Source: Tubiluchus corallicola
Lineage: Eukaryota > Animalia > Priapulida
Direction: 5' to 3'
Length of the DNA stretch: 64,000 nt
Assembly (NCBI GenBank): GCA_030141605.1
Contig: JAQGDQ010000152.1
Coordinates: forward strand, 424,957 to 488,956
The position numbers and the translations under genes were made by a program. The notes under the pieces were generated by a model. It had not been told where the DNA came from, made no database searches, and saw only the letters and a list, made by a program, of their open reading frames with translations. Each line of letters opens with the position of its first letter. Within the stretch, counting starts at the first letter, position 1. Below, one piece after another: positions 24,671 to 38,079 of this stretch.

Positions 24671-27667
24671 AGCGTTTATTTATATTAAGAAACCACTCTA
24701 ATCCATAATATGCAATCATTTTCATTTTATAAGAATGCAGAACAATGAACTAAACATACGTTTCATCAACGATCTACAAGTGATTTTGTTGTGGGAACAT
24801 ATCTTACAGTACAGTATTGTGGAATACATCTAGCTTCAGATGCTGATTGGCTTGTTAGCATTAGTTTTTGCGAAGCAACACCAAGTCTACAGCTGTTAAA
24901 ATTTTTTACAATGTACTGCATGGCCATAGCAATGAAATAAACAGACTTGGGTGACTGCACTTAGTGCTGAGCTTGGGCGGCAGTCTAATGCCTTCCGTCC
25001 CTTGCATGAAAATATAGGCAGCTGTGTGCCGCCTTAAGTGGTGAAAGGGTTAAGCGTTGTTGGCATTATATTTAATATATTTGGAAAGGAAAAGGCCATT
25101 TTCAAATCAGGGCATTTTTGTCCGAAAATTAGAAAGATTGTAATATTTTCTTGATTTTTCTATAAATTTATGCAAACTTTTATTTCAATAATTTTTTTAT
25201 TAGGCCCCATCTATTTGAGTTTGCAGAAAAAAGTTTGTAAATCATTTTCCTTACACCTGTGTGAAGCTTCATGATCAAATTCAGAACATCGTTCCAAATG
25301 ATTTTGGCAATGAAACTTTTGAGCATAATAGCTGGAAAAAGTAATGCAGCTATTATGAGATCAGTTTCAGGGCTTTTTTTGTCCAGCAAACAATGTGATC
25401 AGTCTGAGTTAGATGGTTAGTGTTGCATTAGGATCCGACTGGGACTCTATAGCCAATAGTCTCAATTAAAATTAATCTGCAAAATACACTTGGTCGTGAA
25501 TTTTGCTTTGTTTTAATGTGAAAACCTGACAGTAATTTCATCTAGCACTAAAACTTTTCTTTTGCTTAGTTGAGATTTTACATAATTTTCTGCAGATTTT
25601 AAAAACAGCACTAGCAAGCGATAGCTTTGATACAAGGCTGCAAAGTGAAAGTGAACCCGTCATGAGGCGTACGTCAAAATTAGATGGTAAGTACTATGCA
25701 AAGTTGTTACAATTACGAAAATAATTACTTAACCTTTGAAAATATAGTGGGTTCTGGGAAATGGTTTGGTTTTATTAGTGGTTTGTGCTGTTCCAAAAAC
25801 TTTGTGTTGTTAATTATATTATATTTCTTATTCTTATTCTTCTTCTAATAATAATAATAATAATTTATTGAATATTTAGAATGCATTTTAACCTTTAAAT
25901 CTTCATTGTAACACAAATTAGTTTTAATTTACCAGCTATCTGTCATTTATAAAGGGCAGTAAATCGTTTTTGGTCCAAGGAGGTTGTACAAGAGCAAGCT
26001 ACCCTACAAAAGCTCTTCAAATACTTAAAGGAAAAACATCGTAACAGCTTCATCTTTTGTACAAATTACAGGAGCACCTTCATCTTTCATCCAATGTAGT
26101 GGCTTAGCCAACAAGTTCTTTTTGTTAAAGTGAACAGCTCATTTCTGCCACTGAACTGAACACAGACCATCGGTATTTGAAATTAAAGAATGTAGCTTAT
26201 ATATTCATACATCTCATAAAGTTATTTGATTGTTTTTTTTTTGTTTAGCGAAACCACCGAGTCAGAACATGGTGAGGTTTGATATTTCACCTACAAGAAA
26301 ACCAAAAATGGTAAAATCTTCCGGAAATCTAGAAGCAGCTAAGGTAAACCAAATGTTCTATGTTGATGTTAAATGAATAATTTCTTTTAAGGAGGGGCGA
26401 ATAAAAATGTTGAGCTGCAATTCTACTAAAGTGGAAATAGACATGATTTGCACACATTTTTTGTGCACTTTTAAGATGATTTCCAGAACTTATTTTGTTC
26501 TTGTGATGTTCTTTTAAAATAAAGCAGTTTTCTTTTTCAAGTGCAACAAAAATTTGAGATCCTTTCACTTAAGATTTCTATGCGGCAACTTTACCAGCTA
26601 GGTTTCTTCATTCGTGTCTATGTAGTTCAAGTAAAACCAGATCCAATCTTAAACTGTAGGTCAAAATAATCTACTCTTTAAAATATTGAAAGGAAACATA
26701 CTATTTTTTCAAAAAGGATTTATGTGAAAGAATTATTACCACACAAACACAATTTCATGTTCGCGTCACTAGTTCATCGCTGTTACATGCATTTCGCCAT
26801 TCGCTAAATGGGCACTAGCGCCTGCATTTCGGAAATGCATTGCACGAAACAGGTGATGTACCTCTCAGTTCACATGTGTTAGCTTGTGACTAACTACACA
26901 CATCCGACAGCTCATGCGTGAGCACAGCGGTAAATTTAAAATTTGAATTTTCATCTTAAAACTCGCCTAGTTTTAGTACAACAAACTGGATATCTTACAG
27001 TAGCACTGTTCTTCAATTTTCGCTTTCACAAATACGTGCAACAAGCTCGTGGAATATTTTTGCTGTTCAAAATTGTGTTAGTTTCCGATGTCATCAATAG
27101 TTGGGCTCGTCCGCTGTTAATTAAGTTTTTAATCTTATATTTAATTATCAGAAACAGTTTGGTAGTATTAATTGTGTTAAAATGTATACTTTATATCGGA
27201 TTTGAAAATGGGGTAGTATATGAAAAATTGTCCTGTCTTCCTTTAAGTTGCTAATCTGCTGATTTAGTATTTTGCTGGCATGCGTTCCTATGGTTGATTT
27301 TATTTTGTCTTCATGTAACGTTTCCGCTTTCAAAGAGCCCTCTTGTAGCAGATAGTGTAACGTTTAACGTAGCTTCTGGAAAAGCAGAAGGCACCAGGTT
27401 CGATTCTCAGTGGAAGTGCCAATCTTTTTGCTTTCTAATTTGGTATTGCTTTCATGCACTTATGTGGTTTCATATATCTGGCACAGATAAAACGTGATAG
27501 AATTCGATCAAATGCTGGACATCCTGGTGGCTTGCTGAAATCGCAGCCTGCAACTCATTTCCGCTCTTCCTCTATGCCGTCAGCGGGGAGGAGAAGTACC
27601 CCACTCATGTCCACACCTGTGCCGAGATTTAGAAAACCAAAGAAAGAGCAGTTCGACGACTGGGCCG
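18339..27667 (+). CDS. KIAA0753: Moonraker/OFIP-like centriolar protein, 5' exon block: about 18339-18516, 19594-19713, 20744-20893, 21203-21298, 21650-21816, 23368-23571, 25596-25686, 26249-26343 (alternative donors 26271, 26310), 27487-27667
   Basis: All GT-AG, phases 1,1,1,1,0,0,1,0,1 are consistent with no stops. PAPLILEKL, EERMDTAMFYARRATKKK, VLKLQERFDEYVQRI, EEDVIRRRKLRQAAEQTTASVRCLYNLQQQAHKI and RTLEIFV...RELGHLLQLLSTC align in order with recalled Moonraker blocks ([56 protein letters not shown]). Start codon uncertain (in-frame TAA at 18306). Confidence 0.8.
20040..20225 (-). mobile_element. CR1/L2-clade LINE ORF2 3'-end remnant
   Basis: Minus-strand translation LHLKIPQTKCVTSGDRVFGVCGARLRNQLLMNLKLAKNVNEVKKLLKTHQFQQAF resembles the L2/CR1 C-terminal consensus (GDRAFS-A-P-LWN-LP...FKK-LKTHLF--AF). 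Confidence 0.75.
22141..22218. repeat. (AAT/AAC)n microsatellite
   Basis: Directly visible. Confidence 0.97.
22885..23338 (-). mobile_element. Interspersed repeat family B, copy 1
   Basis: Reverse complement aligns to about 26628-27245; the parallel spurious ORFs 22854-23114(-) and 26943-27254(+) share ARP.L.K, VLIVLKCIL.IG.EN.VVYEK.SCL. Confidence 0.8.
23616..24278. mobile_element. Non-autonomous TIR element, family A, copy 2 (inverted relative to 740-1325)
   Basis: TIR gtgtttgcaaaccaaaaccgtccgta / tatggacgattttactatgcaagcac; shared internal sequence such as ctcagcttagaaataacatagagcgatg. Confidence 0.8.
24477..25049. mobile_element. piggyBac-like MITE containing a (CA)n tract
   Basis: TTAA|cccttttacta ... 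tggtgaaaggg|TTAA. Confidence 0.65.
24607..24666. repeat. (CA)~30 microsatellite
   Basis: Directly visible. Confidence 0.98.
26628..27245 (+). mobile_element. Interspersed repeat family B, copy 2 (has an extra internal segment of about 190 bp)
   Basis: Inverted homology to 22885-23338. Confidence 0.8.
27346..27428 (+). mobile_element. tRNA-derived SINE head or degenerate tRNA-like fragment
   Basis: A-box-like tagtgtaacgttt, B-box ggttcgattctc, followed by a T-run; no complete cloverleaf. A similar B-box fragment occurs on the minus strand near 21040-21070. Confidence 0.4.
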
Positions 27668-28120
27668 GTAAGTACTTATTCGTTTTTAAACTATTGCACG
27701 TCATCGTCGCTTTGTTTCATGTCTTTTGCAACACTAAATGCATCGAGAAAGGGGGTGCTTTAACGTTTGGTTGGCAGCTCACTTGAAAAACTGTGTGCCA
27801 GATTTCAAAATTCAGTAGCTGAACTAATAAATCACTGGTTTTTTAATTTTATTCTTCGCTGTGGCCGCCTTATTTCAAGAATTGAATGTAAAACTGCACT
27901 TTGTTAAAACGCAAACCTGTTATTAACACCTAACGTAACCATTGTGACAGCTGGGCCGAAGATACATAAAAAATGAGCACTTTAAAAACACAAATTTGGT
28001 TATATTACGTCTGTTCCAGAATCAGTTAGTTCATGACAAGCAATTTAGGTCATAGAAATCTGACTAATGATCTAAATAAACTTTCAATTTTTCCGCAAAA
28101 TCCATAAGAATAGCGTAGAG

Positions 28121-28534
28121 CAGGGGTGTGCAAATTATCTGACTACCCGGGCCACATTAAACATTCCCGCAATTCCTGTGGGCCACATGCAGTTTGGTCA
28201 AGGAGCCAAGTACAGTAGGACCTAATAACGATTTTTTTGCATCCGATTTGCGCACATCATCACTACTGCACTACTACACTCAAGAAACAATTTTAGAAGT
28301 TATTAAAATTTATATTAAAAACCATATATTTCGTCATGTCCGACAGTGACATTAAGTGACATAGGTCTTGTAAGGGTTAATGCCATCCGATCTAGAGGAA
28401 AAACTACCCGCACTATCTTTGCGATATTGGCGCAGACTTCAGCTGGATCGCGTGGGCCGCACTTTCATTACGTTGACAAACCTCTTCGCGGGCCGCACAA
28501 GATCTCTCGGCGGGCCGCAGTTTGCACACCCCTG
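28121..28534. mobile_element. hAT MITE (414 bp)
   Basis: TIR caggggtgtgcaaa / tttgcacacccctg; perfect 8-bp TSD gcgtagag; subterminal cgggccgc repeats. Confidence 0.93.
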
Positions 28535-30921
28535 GCGTAGAGCAAAAACCGCCAATTTCAACATTTTACTAACGGTCTCATAGCCCTTTACGTACGATCG
28601 TCATGTATCTTAAAGGTGCACAATTGTCCTCGCAAACTATGTTACAGTTTTAGGAAGGAACAGGAACTCCATGTTGGTCTAAAGAATAAATAACCTTTGC
28701 TACGTGTTAATTCAATATGTTCTCTAGGCATTCTTAGTGTTGGTTTGCAAGATGGCAATTAATGTCTCTTTAAACATGGAATACCGCGCAAGCTCGTTTT
28801 AGACCGGTTCACTTAGACAATTCTTTTCGTATCGTAATCTGAACAGTTTTCTTGGTTATGGATTAAAATAAGTTTGTAATAGCATTGGTCATATAATTAA
28901 GAGCAAATAGTAATAGAGCTGTCACAGCTGCACTAACTTGTATAATTTTTTTCACTGACGGCCATCTTGTTTCAGAACACTTCGTTTACTGATTTTTTTT
29001 AGCTTTAGTCGTCATTAGGAAAGATCAACAGGTTGATCTTATTTGTTAATAGTAAGTATAAATTAAAACATTGTGTTCTAAAAATCTGATGTTAAAATGT
29101 TTTCTGAAAGTTTTTAAAAAAGTTGAACAAACAAGAGCATGTTGTGTTTTAGCAGGGCAGCAGCTCTGTCCCGCACTCACTAACACTGTGTAGCATGATT
29201 GGCTAAAATCTTAACCACACTGAATTAATCACTGTGTACCATAGAGTTACGTTCAATGTGGGCTGATTATTGTATTAGTTATTAATAATATTACTTAGGG
29301 GGTTTATTTACCATTAGGCTAACTAGGCTATAGCATAGTGTGCCATATTTTGAGAATTTCCAGATTTTAGAGACCCAGTCAGTGGCAGCTTGTATATATA
29401 AATATTGTATTGCAGCACCCCTATTTTCACTCATTATTACCAATAATGTTCAATATAAAGTCTTTTTTCTTTAGTTAGTTCTTTATATTTGTACGGAACC
29501 GCATCACGTGAGGGTAGTACTGTTTGCTTTGCAGCCCAGCACAGTGCACTCCAGCAGTGCGATATTTGGGTGTCGTGCGCATGTACACGTTTGAGATACG
29601 ACAGTGCACTTTAGGTGGAGAGTACTGTCGCTCACACAGTTTGTTGTCAGTTGTCACGTGCTTACCGTGAATGGATTTAACTGTGACAATTTAGGCTATT
29701 AATAAGCAAAAAACATTTCTTTTTGTTTAGGATTTTTTCTAGTTTCTTTATAAACTTTCATGTCCGTTTGTTTGTTTAAAATTACAATTCATATAAAGCG
29801 CATATTTTATAACACACCACAAGCAGTTACCGAGTCCGCTTTTACCACATGCACATATATGTAAATAACAATCAAATAGGTGCTACTAATAATAATCGAA
29901 CACATAAATAATGAGTGCTGGCCTCAGAAATTCAGGAACTGTCAGCCTAGGGTGTCTTAATGTCTTGAAATTTAAGTTGACTTTGTCATTTGTACGAAAC
30001 TTGAGCAGAAGCAAATGATTATTATTAAAGTAAAATTTGAGTTTAATTGAGCTCTCGCAAAATGAAAGTTCAAGCCGGTGAACAACACGTGAACTCTAAA
30101 TGTAGATTGCATAATAGCCTTTGCACTAATCCTTTAAAATTCAGATAAATTTCCAAATGGAAAATATTCAGATTACTCAATTCGTTAGAAAAGAACAGAT
30201 TCCCACCTCCAGTTTTCAGTACGAGAAATAGTTTTTTGTGTCATTAGTGCTTTTACCCTGACAACAATATAACGTTTTTCAAGTTTTTTGTGTTCTGAAT
30301 ACTGTTTACAAAGCTATCTTATGATTGTGTACTATATATAAACATGGTAAGACTCAGCTGCAAAGAATACAAAGCAGAGAATATCTTATACATAAATTAA
30401 AATTAATTTAAAGTTTATTATTTATCACACTAGTAATACAATAGCACATCAAACATACAAATGGCTGGAACGCTTCTATAAAAATTTACATGTTGCGAAT
30501 GTTGTAGCACGAATCACATATAAGCTATACAACAAGGCTAGAAACACTCAACGTTTTAAAATCCAATATACATGATTGTAACATTCTAGTGTAAAATCCT
30601 GCAATAAAATCGATAAATAAGAATAAAAGGAAATGCTTGCTGCATCAGGACTTTCATCCTTTTCAAACAGTTATAATAATCAAGCAAGATGCCATCTGAG
30701 GTAAACTAAAAGAAAAGCAATCACTTCCAACTCTCTGTAGTCTGGCGACAGTTCTGGCATATTTCAACAATGCTAGTGAAATGATAAATGCTACCTAATG
30801 CACATTCATGATACTACATAGCACAATCACAAATGTGTCTATAAAACTAGTGCTTAAAAATGAAGCAGCGCACTTTCGACGTGATGCATCTACAAATAGT
30901 GATAGACTAGCTAGCTGTTTC

Positions 30922-33900
30922 CTATGCATAATAGCTTGGTGAGACTAGCAAGTCAGTCAACACGGCCACCTGATCATCGGTGAACTTCAACTTATGATCT
31001 TGCCAGTTGTCGTGATGGGTTCGTCGGAAGTTGCTGAGGGTCTTCTTCACCGTCATCTGTATAGGTTGAGGATCGTGGATGTGGTCACTCAGTGCCATCA
31101 GGACATCCGGTATGAGTTCAGGAACGTCGTACGGATGTGCACCGACGTACGAACACAGACCCAGAATGCCAGCGTGCCTCTTTATCAATGCAGTTTGGTC
31201 AATCGGATCTCGTTTATTGTTCTACAGTTAAAAAACAAATCAACCTTTAATACTTTAAGAAATGAGCAGTAGAGTAAAATCCAATTTAGTAATATGAATG
31301 TTTTAAGATTGGCATATTAAATTTTTTGCCCACTTTTGAGCTTCGGCAGTGCAAGCTTATGTAACACGGAATTTAGCAGAAATACAAAATTAAATAGCAG
31401 AAATTAAATGTGTGGTGATCACTCATACTTACAATAAGAGGAAAAGTTATTTGATTGCTAAAAGTGATTCAAGTCAACAACTGTGACAAGCATCTGTCTC
31501 ATGCACCATCACCCCATTTAAATCACAACTCTTTTTACCTCGATTAACGAAATATGTTGGCCAATGTGATACTACTACGGCAAGAATTTCTATGTTTTGT
31601 ACGTACAGGTTTTCGAATTTGCATTAATTTTACAGCGGTCTGCTCACTTGGCGTCATTGCCTAATGCGGTTTTTCCTTGTGAAATAAGAGATTAGCTACA
31701 ATGACATTTCAGGCTACCAACATTGTTACACAGCTGCCATTTTGTAAAAACAGCACAACCTTTAATTACTTTTGTTTGACTGAGACTCAGTGCGACTACA
31801 TTGATTGAACATATTGGCACAGTTTGCCTTCGCCTCAATTAGCATTTTCGTTAAACGTGAACTACTAGTAATTATATCAGTACCATAAACGAAGTTACCT
31901 TTAGTTTAGTTTTAGACCACTTTTTAAACATATCCAGCAGCTTAGCGTCCATGGGGAATAGATCACAGTGAATGAGTCCGGTAAATGTAACAGCTGCCAT
32001 GTCTCTCACCTAAGAGCAGTAAACAGTTTTTCAAGATACAGATCTTGCAAAGACAAATACTTAATATGAGTTGTCAAGCAAACATGCATGCAATAAATTT
32101 ACATGGAAAATACCTCTAAAATATGGTAACAGTTTAGCCATTCATAATCGAAGTCAACCGAGAAAGGTTACTGCTTGATTATACTTTTCCTATCATTGTT
32201 CAAATAACCATGACTGGTAAGAAAGAATACTGCAGAGGAACTGCCGGCCAGCCATTATATTGGACGTGCAATCGGCAACTTTTATGTGAAGAAGCCTCAA
32301 ATGTGGTAGCAGTTTTTCGAGTGGCTCGTGAAAAATCACATTTATATGTGGTGTGTGAAAATGGAATTCTAATGAATAAAAGCATTGCTTGATTACACAT
32401 GTTATTTGCCTCTTAAAAATTCTTACCTCCAATTGTTCGTTTCTCATCATTTTGAGGACCACATCTCTGATGAATTCGACCCACTTCTCATTTTGCATGA
32501 TATTGAAAAGATTGCAAAATACCATAACCTACATGACAGATAACATAGACTTTTTATAATATTCTGGTAAAGAAGAAGAATGAAATATTAATCACCATAA
32601 ATCTAAGAAGTAATGATCATAAAGGTAGGAGAGTAATCCATAAATATGAAAGGTAAATCAATTTATGCTCTTAAAGTTAATTACGGTTGTATTTTCATAT
32701 TCAGTGACAGAAGCAGAAGTCAGTTAAGTTGCACATTTTAAATGAATTACCCTCACAAGCAGTTTTCCAAACATTTAAAGTTAACAACTAAGTGTCACCT
32801 TACCTGTAGATAAGCTAGAACAGAAGATTTACTTCGCCACGACGTTCCATCTGTAATTTTCTTCACTTCGTCTAATGCTACGGTGATGACTTCTGGCTTA
32901 AGGTATGCCTGAGCAAGGCAAGCAAGGGTCAACGCACATTCCTTTTTTAATTCCTCATCTGTCGATTCATGTTCTAGTTGAGAGATCAATGGAAGGAGAC
33001 GGAAAACTTCAGGTGGTGCACTATAGTGCATTCTGGCTAGTGAAGCTTGGAGCCACTTTAGTGTCGTTTCAAATAGACGTTTGGCTTCTGTCTTTTCGGG
33101 TTTTTCATCTGATATTTCCTGTGCTCCATTCAAACCATTTTCTAACAATATCATCAACTTTGGAACAATTTCGGCAATAAATTCCTTCCGTGAAGGGCAA
33201 AAGACATTACTAATGTGCTTTAGTTCAATTTCAAATAGAAATGTATTAGCTAGAATGCTGCCTAAACGATCACGTACATTCTTAAACGAGTTGCTTAGCT
33301 TTGGTTTAATCACATCATATAACGTTTGTAAGAGTTTTGAAGCACGCCATTCTTGCTGAGATACTGCACCTTGGAGCAGATACAAGCGTCCTGCAACATG
33401 AAATGAACCTTCAGAGTTATCTTGAAATGGGTTTTCCAACAAAACTTTGAACAGCCAATGCAGTTTTCTAATATCCATGCTTTCCGAAGCAGTTGCTACA
33501 CATGTTCCCCAGTCTTGAACTGTCTCCAGTGTCATACTTTTTAGCACCTGACGTAGAAGAGGATCCAGCCATTCCCAAAGATCTTGGAGTTTTTCAAATT
33601 TCCAATGTTTACTGCCTTTGACCAATGCAGCAATCATTTCTGATGCGCAGCGCTGGCTACTTTCATGACTGTCCAAAGCGAGCCTTTCTATATGTGGGCG
33701 CATAAGTGGTACAAAAGTGTCACCAAAATTGCGAAACAGTGCCCTCAGAAAATTGTACTTTCTTGCATCAAATTTGTCCTTTCCTTTTGTCTCTTCCAGA
33801 GAGAAAAAGTTTAGGAGTTTTTCCAGGAATGCTTCACTAGTGAAAGCATCATAAATTGGGAGCTCCTCTTCCATTAGTTCTTCTCTAGTTCTGTCTAGTG

Positions 33901-36900
33901 ATGGTTGCTCACTATCTGGTGCACAGGACTTTAAAGGAGATGGCCATGCATAATACCCAACATGGGTTTTTTCAATGAAAATACAACTGTTCCATTTCTC
34001 AGCTGTATCAGGAACATCATGTGGATCATACAATAACCAATTGTTGTCTGGTTGAGTCAGCAAATCTACTCCAGTGCTATCATGTTCACCAACAGCATTA
34101 TTATCATCTCCATCTTTATGTTTGGTAATTACATGATTGGGCATATTCTCGAAAGACTTTTTCCTGGTCATTGTTTTTAAATCCACTTCAACTTTTTTCC
34201 ACTTTTGTTTTTGTTGTTTTAAAATAGCTCCTAATGCAGCAACCCCCAATTTTCTGACTAAAACTGCTTCTCCAATCGTGCTCTGTACGAAGACTGAAAC
34301 CCCATTAGCTGACATTTTCTTGTCTTTTCTAATCAACAGTGTGAGGCATCCTAATGCTATCTGGTAATGTCTCCATCGTAATGTGCCTCCATTCAATAAG
34401 TCAACAACTTTCTGAAGTAGACTGCTGTATAGTTCACCATTTTCTCGGTTGTCCTGTTCCACCAGCTCGTGTTGTTTGGCTATTTCGCTATCTGTTGGTA
34501 TGGACTGCTCAGGTTTTGGTTCAGATGACCATAACTCTCTTGCCGAATCTGTAACTGTTTCAGGTATTTTCAGATCAATTGCAAATGTGTCAAAATTCTT
34601 ATGAATTTTATCTATAACCTCTTCGGTGACCCTAGTTATGGATGGTTTTTCGGAATGCTGTGCCTGTATGAGTACTGGCCAAACCTCTGACACCACTTTC
34701 CAATCCCGTTTTGTGGCAAAACACTGTGTTTTTCCATTTCCCTTTAATACATACAAAGCACCCTTAAACTGTTCGTGGGAAATTTTATCGTCTTCTTTCA
34801 GTAATTCCAATGTTTTTGGTAGTATATATCTGTAGGTGTGTGGGAATAGCTGCAGGACAGCCGAAAGCACTGCTTGTGATTTACTTCGAACTTGACTATA
34901 ATGGCTAGTCGCAAGCTGAAAAAGATCATCTAGTACAAGCTTGTGTAACTCTGTGAAGATGTACTTCGACTTGTCTAGTATGCGGCGCTCGTGTTGTAGC
35001 AGCACTCTGTCAATTAAAAGTGCTCTTATGTGCCTCTTTTCTTGAATTAGTTTGTTCTCCATGGCTTTTTTGACAACCTGAAAACTTTTAAAACGTGTGT
35101 CAAAGTCATCACTCTGAACACCTTGAAACTTAACAATTGCAGAATAGATTCGAATCATCGTGAAAACTGATTTGATATCATCATCACTCGTCACATTAAT
35201 ATGCTGCAGGAGTCGATGCATAGTATGAAGTATAACCTCTCTGATATTTTTGCCTGCCAGTGTTAATACGTCTTTGTGGGAATACCCGTATGTAATAGCA
35301 ACTTTATCCAATCCTACTTTACTTTCTACTAGCTGTACTGGATTTTCTTCTAAAAGAGGTAGCATTGTACCCGTACCCAAGATGCATTCTAAAACTGTGT
35401 TCAAGCTCTGTTGCAATTCAATACGAGACAGACGTTTCTCTTCTGTCACAGAATCTAACTTTTTCAGTTCTGCTTCGAGAAATATATCTAAAAGCTCTTG
35501 CGCAAACTCCCTTTCTTTGTCACAAGGAATATGCCATTGAACATTGAGACTATTAATATCACCTGGTTTGGCCCAGTCATTCAGGGGTAGGTAATCGTCG
35601 GGTGGACACTTAAAATTTGTTGCTACACTGCGAAATTCAACTGGATATATTAGTGTTAGTGATTTCAGTGTATTTCTCAACATTAGGCCAGCCAACTCGA
35701 AACCATTTCTTGCTTTTAGGCAAAGAGTTCGTTCCAGTACTTCTGTTATCAAAGTCTTGTATGGCAAAAGACATTCCCCACTGCATCGTACAACTTCACA
35801 CAGTAACTGCAAGCAGTACAGAAGTTCATGGTCCGTTTCTTCTTCTCTGTACGCATCCTCACTTTCTGATAACAGCATGATCTGCTTGTGAAGATGCGGC
35901 ATAAACAATTTTAATGCTTCGGGTGGGTTAGCCTTTGATGCTGCCCTGCACATATTAGCTACAAACTTTCCAGCAACAGATATATTAAAAACACTGCTTC
36001 TTACAAATGAGAACAACATATCAAGTGCAGAACGATAGATGCTATCAGAGCTTTGGGTTAAAACAGAAGTAATCGTAGAACTTATTCCTACTTCTAGCAT
36101 ACCTTCTTCCAAGTTCAATTTTTCAAGGCTGTATGGCCCAGCATTATGGTATGCACCACCATGATCACCACAGTTTCTCACCAATTCAAAACATTTGTCC
36201 ATAAACTGTAGCACAAATTCTTCAAACCCAGCTGTTGTCATACAAACTTCTTTGTCTACCTCACTTAAGTCATCCCTGTTTGAAGCTTCAGAACACTCTA
36301 CCAGTGGCACTAGCGTTGAAAATGTTGAAATTAACTGAAACGTAACCATAGATTTTTTGATATCGTTAGAGTCAATACCGGGCAATGACGACATCAACAG
36401 TGGTAAAAAATGCAAACGTCCTTCTTTGTAATCGTCACTCCCGAGCATATGCCTAGACACTGCTACAATGCAGTTCATAGTAGAGACTAGCCGATGTGGT
36501 TCTGTTAGAGTTTCCAGTGCAGGATACAATCGCTCTAATATTTGTGGAATAACTATCTTGGGCCTGACTGTGGCTAAATTCTGAAAAGCGCCGGCAGAGT
36601 CACCACTTCCGGCTTTGCTAAACATAGCTAATAAAACAATCGGCGTCATGGCTTCCACAAAACGTGTGATTTCATTTTCACTTAATTTGTGACTTTCTGG
36701 AATAGGAGGTATCCAACTTGGTTTACTAAACCTTTCATCATGTAGTCGCCGGACAAATGATCCAGACAACTTGCTTAATAACCTCTGAAGCTTCAATATC
36801 CACCTAAAACACAAATTGGGAATCTGTTATTTTGAGTAGTTATTCGTCCTTTGGAATACTTCTGTAAATTTAATATCAATTTATGTGGTACATAATACAG

Positions 36901-38079
36901 TGTGGCATAGCTAATAGGAGAGCAACTGCTCTCCAAGCACATTTTTGAATAGTGGCACTTTTTCAACAGATACTTATTACTCTTTGACCAACCTGCCTCC
37001 TTTGTTTTTGAAATGAGCGAGACATCAATGTATATATCAAGAGTTATTGGCATCAATCAACTATGAATTACATAAATTTAACAAATGTCTCACCTTCCAG
37101 CATTGGATGGATGAAAGTAAGACTCTAAAGCTTTAAAAAGCTTTTCAATATGATCTATTGTACCATGGTTGCCACCCATCATATAGACAATCCAAAGAGC
37201 TGTATTTCCTATGTCGAAACTGCAGTTTGATCGTCCTACTTGTATTTCTCTTGACCCAACAGGCAAGTTGAAACTGCGCATGAGTCGCGTAAAAATTTGA
37301 GAAACATACGTAGTCCAGTTGATGTAGCCAGCATTATCTTTTGCCAGTCGTGCAAACAAATTTACCAAATGTACTTCCCACGAAGGCACATTATGACAGG
37401 CCATCCAGATGTCAATAAGTTCGTTCAGCCACAATTTGAAGCCTTTGTCGTGGTGTGCTGGAGGAATCACTGTGGGGAAAAACAATTCAAACAGTTGCAT
37501 CGCTTTTCCCATTGATGTATCAAATGGACACAACAATGGCCGCCACTCCTTTAACATCTCTTGTGTCGCACTGAGTGGAAAATAAGATCTCGCTGCCCTA
37601 ATCAAATTTTTGATCACAGCTTCTGCAACATTGGGATAGAGCACCAAGCCCATCTGTTCACCACCACTGTACACAATGTCGTCATATATTTTGTACAATG
37701 GACGCCATGGTATTTGGATGTCATTGTACGAAAGCAAAGTTTTCTTTTTCAATAATAGTGTAAGATGCGAAGCAAACTTTACAACAAGTGACATTTCCAT
37801 ATCTTCAGCTATAACAATATTACAAAATAAGTTTATGAAAGCTATATGGTCTTCTTTGCTAAAGTTGAATCCATACAAGGAAATGTATTTCGTTAGCCTA
37901 GAAGCCCAATACGTTGCTCCCGGCCGCATCTCCTTATACAAAGTGGCTGTTCCTAGCTTTTCCTTAATTTTTGAAATATGCATTTCTGCTTGTTCTTGTA
38001 AAGTGTCACTGTATGGCAGCAACCGATTATATGGTAGCAGCTTCTGGGGACGAAACTTTGATTCCACTGCCTCCATCAT
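30922..38079 (-). CDS. PSME4: Proteasome activator PA200/Blm10, 1832 aa; exons 38079-37094, 36803-32804, 32528-32427, 32009-31899, 31221-30922
   Basis: GT-AG introns with phases 2,0,0,0; total 5499 nt. Motifs [38 protein letters not shown]|[37 protein letters not shown] and C-terminal HbYX motif SPSYYA. Acceptor at 38089-38090 precedes the ATG; minus-strand AATAAA at 30414-30419. Confidence 0.97.

Noticed and set aside
22076-24725. Poly-Ile, (CV)n and (HT)n ORFs
   Set aside because: They are translations of AAT and CA microsatellites.
27346-27428. Functional tRNA gene
   Set aside because: A B-box is present but acceptor and anticodon stems cannot be paired; more likely a SINE head.
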